From the NCBI GenBank assembly GCA_012295275.1, contig CM022676.1:17360001-17424000 (forward strand): a stretch of DNA of 64,000 bases, read 5' to 3'. Both the position numbers and the translations under genes were made by a program. Shown in pieces: positions 59,392 to 64,000 of the stretch; the stretch's first letter is position 1, and every line of letters starts with the position of its first letter. The stretch comes from Chrysomallon squamiferum (lineage: Eukaryota; Animalia; Mollusca). The notes under the pieces are model-generated. The model did no database searches. It was not told the origin of the DNA and saw only the letters and a program-made list of their open reading frames with translations.

Positions 59392-60113
59392 AAAACAACA
59401 TCGTTCAAACACTGTCACTTTTAGTCATCACTGGGATCACATTTTTATTTTTATTTATCTATTTGTTTACGTTTTTTATGACGTCAGACAGCAGTGATGA
59501 CGTCATAGACACTAGATTCGATTTGAAATTTTATAAATGACTGATTTTTGTCAAGCAGATACTTGTAAAATGTATAATGACATTTTATTGCTTTATTATT
59601 TATTAACTTATTTGTGTATTTATTTATTGATTTAAATATTTCTACTGTTGTTTTGTTTGTATATGAAATAATATTATTAACCATTTCTTGCTTCTTTTGT
59701 ACTTTTTTTATTTCAGTTTAAATTGTATATAAAATAAAATGTAGAAAATTATATATTTACTTACTGACTGTTGGACATAAAATACAAGAACTGTTATTTC
59801 ATTTATTTATCCATTTTCTTTCATTAATATTTATATTAAATATGTAAGTAAATTAGATTATCTTTCAGATTTAATGTTTGTTTGTTTATGTATAAAATGT
59901 ATATAAAGAAAATTCAAATAAATTTATTTTGTATCATAAAATTTTACTTCGTTTATTTTTGTATTTAATTTGTGTTTACAATGTAAACATAAAATACAAG
60001 TTTTATTATTTAGTTTCTGTAATATTTTTCTTTTCTACATACAGCGTGTAATACAAAAAGATGTTGTGAGAGAGGATTCCAGATCAGATCCTATAAATAT
60101 ACTTGATGTGTGT

Positions 60114-60228
<115 letters not shown>

Positions 60229-61380
60229 AATAAAGAAAAAATATACTTTATAAAAGAGTTATGAAAATAGGGAGACATTCCCAGGCTAACATTAAAATAT
60301 TATGAACAAAACTTTGGAAAATCCGTATCTCTGTACTTCGGATATCTGGTGTAAATTCCAGAATAAGGTACGATCATTTCTTTAAAAATGCTGACAATTA
60401 GCACTTAAGTAGACTACCTCGTGGACAAAATGAAATGATAGCATTTTGTTAAATCTTAATAAACAATGAAGCTATTCTTCTTGTAATCACTATACGCGGT
60501 ATCCCCCCAACAGTCTTATAGTCAGCTGGGCACCCCTGTGTGGAGAATGATCAGCTAGTCTTGGCTGTGTCTCACTGCTAACTGTTGTAATCACAACTCT
60601 AGTGGGAAGCATGTGTTCAAGGTTATTCCAATTACATGTAAAGGACCGTGAAGGAGACGTTTTGATATAACAATGAAATATATATACCATATTTTCATCA
60701 ACGAAAGACAGGACAGAAGGAATCTATATTCACTATGATGGGTCTCAAACCTATCTACAGGTTTTTATTTGTTTCTCCTTCCAATTCAAGATGAAAAACG
60801 CAGAAACATACCCTCGCTCAAGAACGATCTCGCGATCCTCAGAGAAAAGTCTGGCGACCCCTTTGCAGGTCGCGACCCTCAGGTTGAAAACCTATGCACT
60901 TAACGGAGCTAAATACACTAGAAAATGATTCGTGTGTTAACACGTAAGTGAATTCACTCATTTAGATTAAGTGTCAAAAGCAGAGGTCTACATAAATATG
61001 TATCACGCTCATATGCTTTCTTTTATTGAATTCATCGCAAAACGACCTAAGAAATGGCAAAGTATCGAAAATTTAAATGCCGTGCTATTGTCACGAACAT
61101 AAATTTGAACATCAAAATATATACAAAAGGGCCGTTAACAAATTACTGTATACAAAATATGTTCAGACAATTATGTCATTTATCGTGTGAATCTCAATTA
61201 AATTAATTTGTATACATCTTTAGAAGAACTGTGTTTATTGTCAAACTGTAATCACAACAGTAAACAATGCATTTGACAGAAATAATGGAGGCAAAATGTA
61301 TGGATAGATTCATCTTTCAAGTGATCTGTTTCAAATAATAAATAAATAAATAAGTGAATAAATAAATCAAGAAATAAATA

Positions 61381-61444
<64 letters not shown>

Positions 61445-62747
61445 AAAAGAATGAAAAAAAGAAGGCGACTACAGTTTGCCGTGAGTTAATATTAAAACGA
61501 AGACGATCCCTCCCTTTAACTCTGGCAGTGCAATTTAAAAAACGAAGTCACGAAATATCTGACTGTATAAAACATAATGACGAGTAAAAACAATTGTACG
61601 AAATTAAAACTTTGGCAAAGAGTAACGAATGACAAATTGAAAAATCTGAATGAATTGACGATACACACAATGACCCAGTGACCGAACTTTCTTACACTGA
61701 TATTTTTAAAATGAGAAAACAAATTAAATCTTTCGTTGCTGCTACCGAAATCAGACTTTTGCAATCGATCTCAAACACGGAGGCCACGAGAGAGAAGTTT
61801 GTTTTAAAGAAAAACGCGAGAAAAAAAAAGTAGAAAAAAAACCTCGCAGTCGTCGATGACAGATTGTTTCTCAGATGACACTTGATAGACGCTTAACAAT
61901 AACATTAGAAATAAAACATATTTCCTGTCATTTAAATTTTTATAACTTCATATATTTCATTTTTGCATGCCGGCACTGTGTCTACATCGGCACTTACGGT
62001 TGGTCCAAAGTAAATCCGTTTTTCACTGAGTACTGTATCCGTTCACACGAAACACACACACACATACACAGACACAAACACACAAAAAGACACACACACA
62101 GACACAAACACACACACAAACACACACACAGACATACACACACATACACACACACAAAAACACACTCATACACACACATCACAAACACACACACAAACAT
62201 ACACACACACTTCAATACCCGGTTTTCTCTATCAAGCACACAAATACATTCCAAGGTTCTTAAACATAAATACGCTCAAACACAAACATATCTAATGTCT
62301 TTCTTAAACACCCAGACAGGCACACGCACATAAACAACCACACACACATATATCAATATCTGTTTATCTATCTCTGTATCTACGTATCTATATTCCCCAA
62401 AATTATATATCCGCCACTGATCTACGCAGTAGACTGTAGACCTTCGTTCCTTAACGTTATAAACTCCAGTGCAGAAATAGTCATTTTTCTCAAACCAAAG
62501 AAAATGGATTTATAGTCTGTAAGATTGCCATTAGGTAAGCTGCTTGCAGATGATGCACACACACATACACACACACACAGACACACACATACACACACAC
62601 AGACACACACACACACACACACGTTTGTGTATATGTGTGTAGATATATATATGTGTGTGTGTGTATGTATCTGTACCTATATACAAAGAGAGAGAAGACA
62701 GATATAGATACTCACACATCTAATCACGCATAACTTTTTCTTAAGTA

Positions 62748-63110
62748 TACATACATACACATAAACATACATACACAGAAACATACATACATAGAAACAT
62801 ACATACATAGAAACATACATACAAACAAACATACATACATACACAGAAACATACATACGTAGAAACATACATACATAGAAACATACATACACAGAAACAT
62901 ACATACACAGAAACATATATACAGAGAAACATACATACACAGAAACATACATACACAGAAACATACGTACATAGAAACATACATACACAGAAACAAACAT
63001 ACACAGAAACATACATACACAGAAACATACATACATAGAAACATACATACACAGAAACATACATACACAGAAACATACATACATAGAAACATATATACAA
63101 ACATACACAT
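62748..63110. repeat. 16 bp-unit tandem repeat (acagaaacatacatac)n
   Basis: About 20 copies; only 1-2 units at the mirror site ~8965-8997. Confidence 0.9.
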
Positions 63111-63414
63111 AAGTAATTTGATAAACTTGTAGTTGTCAATGTTTCTAGTAGTTCGCGCTAATTATATTGATAAGCTAATAGTGACAATGTTTTTAGTAGT
63201 AGCACTCTAAGAAAGTGTATAAATTTGTAGTGACAATGCTTCTAATACATACTAAGCCAGCTGGTAGTTGTGCAATGTTAAAATTAGTTGTTACAAAAGA
63301 AAGGTGAAAGGAAGAAATAACACCACGTTTGTTTTAAATTACAGTCAGATTTATTTACTAATCTACAATGTTACATACAAGTCTGAGAACTTTAAGATCA
63401 TAATGTTATGAAAA

Positions 63415-63473
<59 letters not shown>

Positions 63474-64000
63474 TGATGGGTTTTTTAATTGAAATGAATT
63501 TACTTTTAATCTGCTTTACAGAAATATAACGCAGTGACTGAGGATAATATGTAAGTAAACGTATCACATTTGTTAATATATTATCAGATTTAAATTAAAA
63601 TAACCTTCTTCGACAAACATGTTTTTTACAGAAACGCTTCTGATCAAGAAATAAATTATAAGAAGAGGAAAGGCGCACGCATTTGCATATGTCACTCTGT
63701 TTTTGTGAGTGTTGCTACGTATTTGTATGTATCAGTTTGTGTTTGTGTGTAGGTGTGTGTTTTTCAGTGTAGGTGTGTGTTTTTCAGTGTAGATGTGTGA
63801 TTGTGTGCGAGCGTTTTCGAGCGTGTTACTGCTAAAACAAAACAAACACGTTACAAAATATAATTACTCGTATTTTATTTTATTAGTTGATGCCTTACTT
63901 ATCTCTCTTTCTTAACGTTACACAACGTTTATACTATTCACCTTTATTTGAAATGTTAAAGCATGAGTGGGTGTGTAATTGAGCTTGTTTGTGGCAAACA

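Overview
AT-rich, microsatellite-dense animal (invertebrate-like) nuclear DNA. From about 8158 to the window end it is one large imperfect inverted repeat. The left arm is about 8158-33000, the right arm about 33755-64000, and they fold around a 200-N assembly gap at 33409-33608. It carries four copies of a gene with two coding exons encoding a BTB-BACK-PHR protein (BTBD1/2/3/6-like Cullin-3 adaptor). The outer mirror pair is intact: A (minus, 12260-13804) and D (plus, 57861-59391), 437 aa each. The inner copies are damaged: B has an in-frame TGA and a duplicated splice acceptor; C has lost its ATG, has deletions and ends in a transposon-derived tail. The right arm also holds a ~5 kb block of gene-less upstream modules with MITEs, including a hAT-type element with an 8-bp target-site duplication. 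The first ~6.4 kb look like a CpG-depleted, spliced non-coding transcript on the minus strand. Because the fold centres on a scaffold gap, it may be a real palindromic amplicon or two uncollapsed haplotypes joined head-to-head; the sequence alone cannot decide. All identity values are by-eye estimates from short samples.
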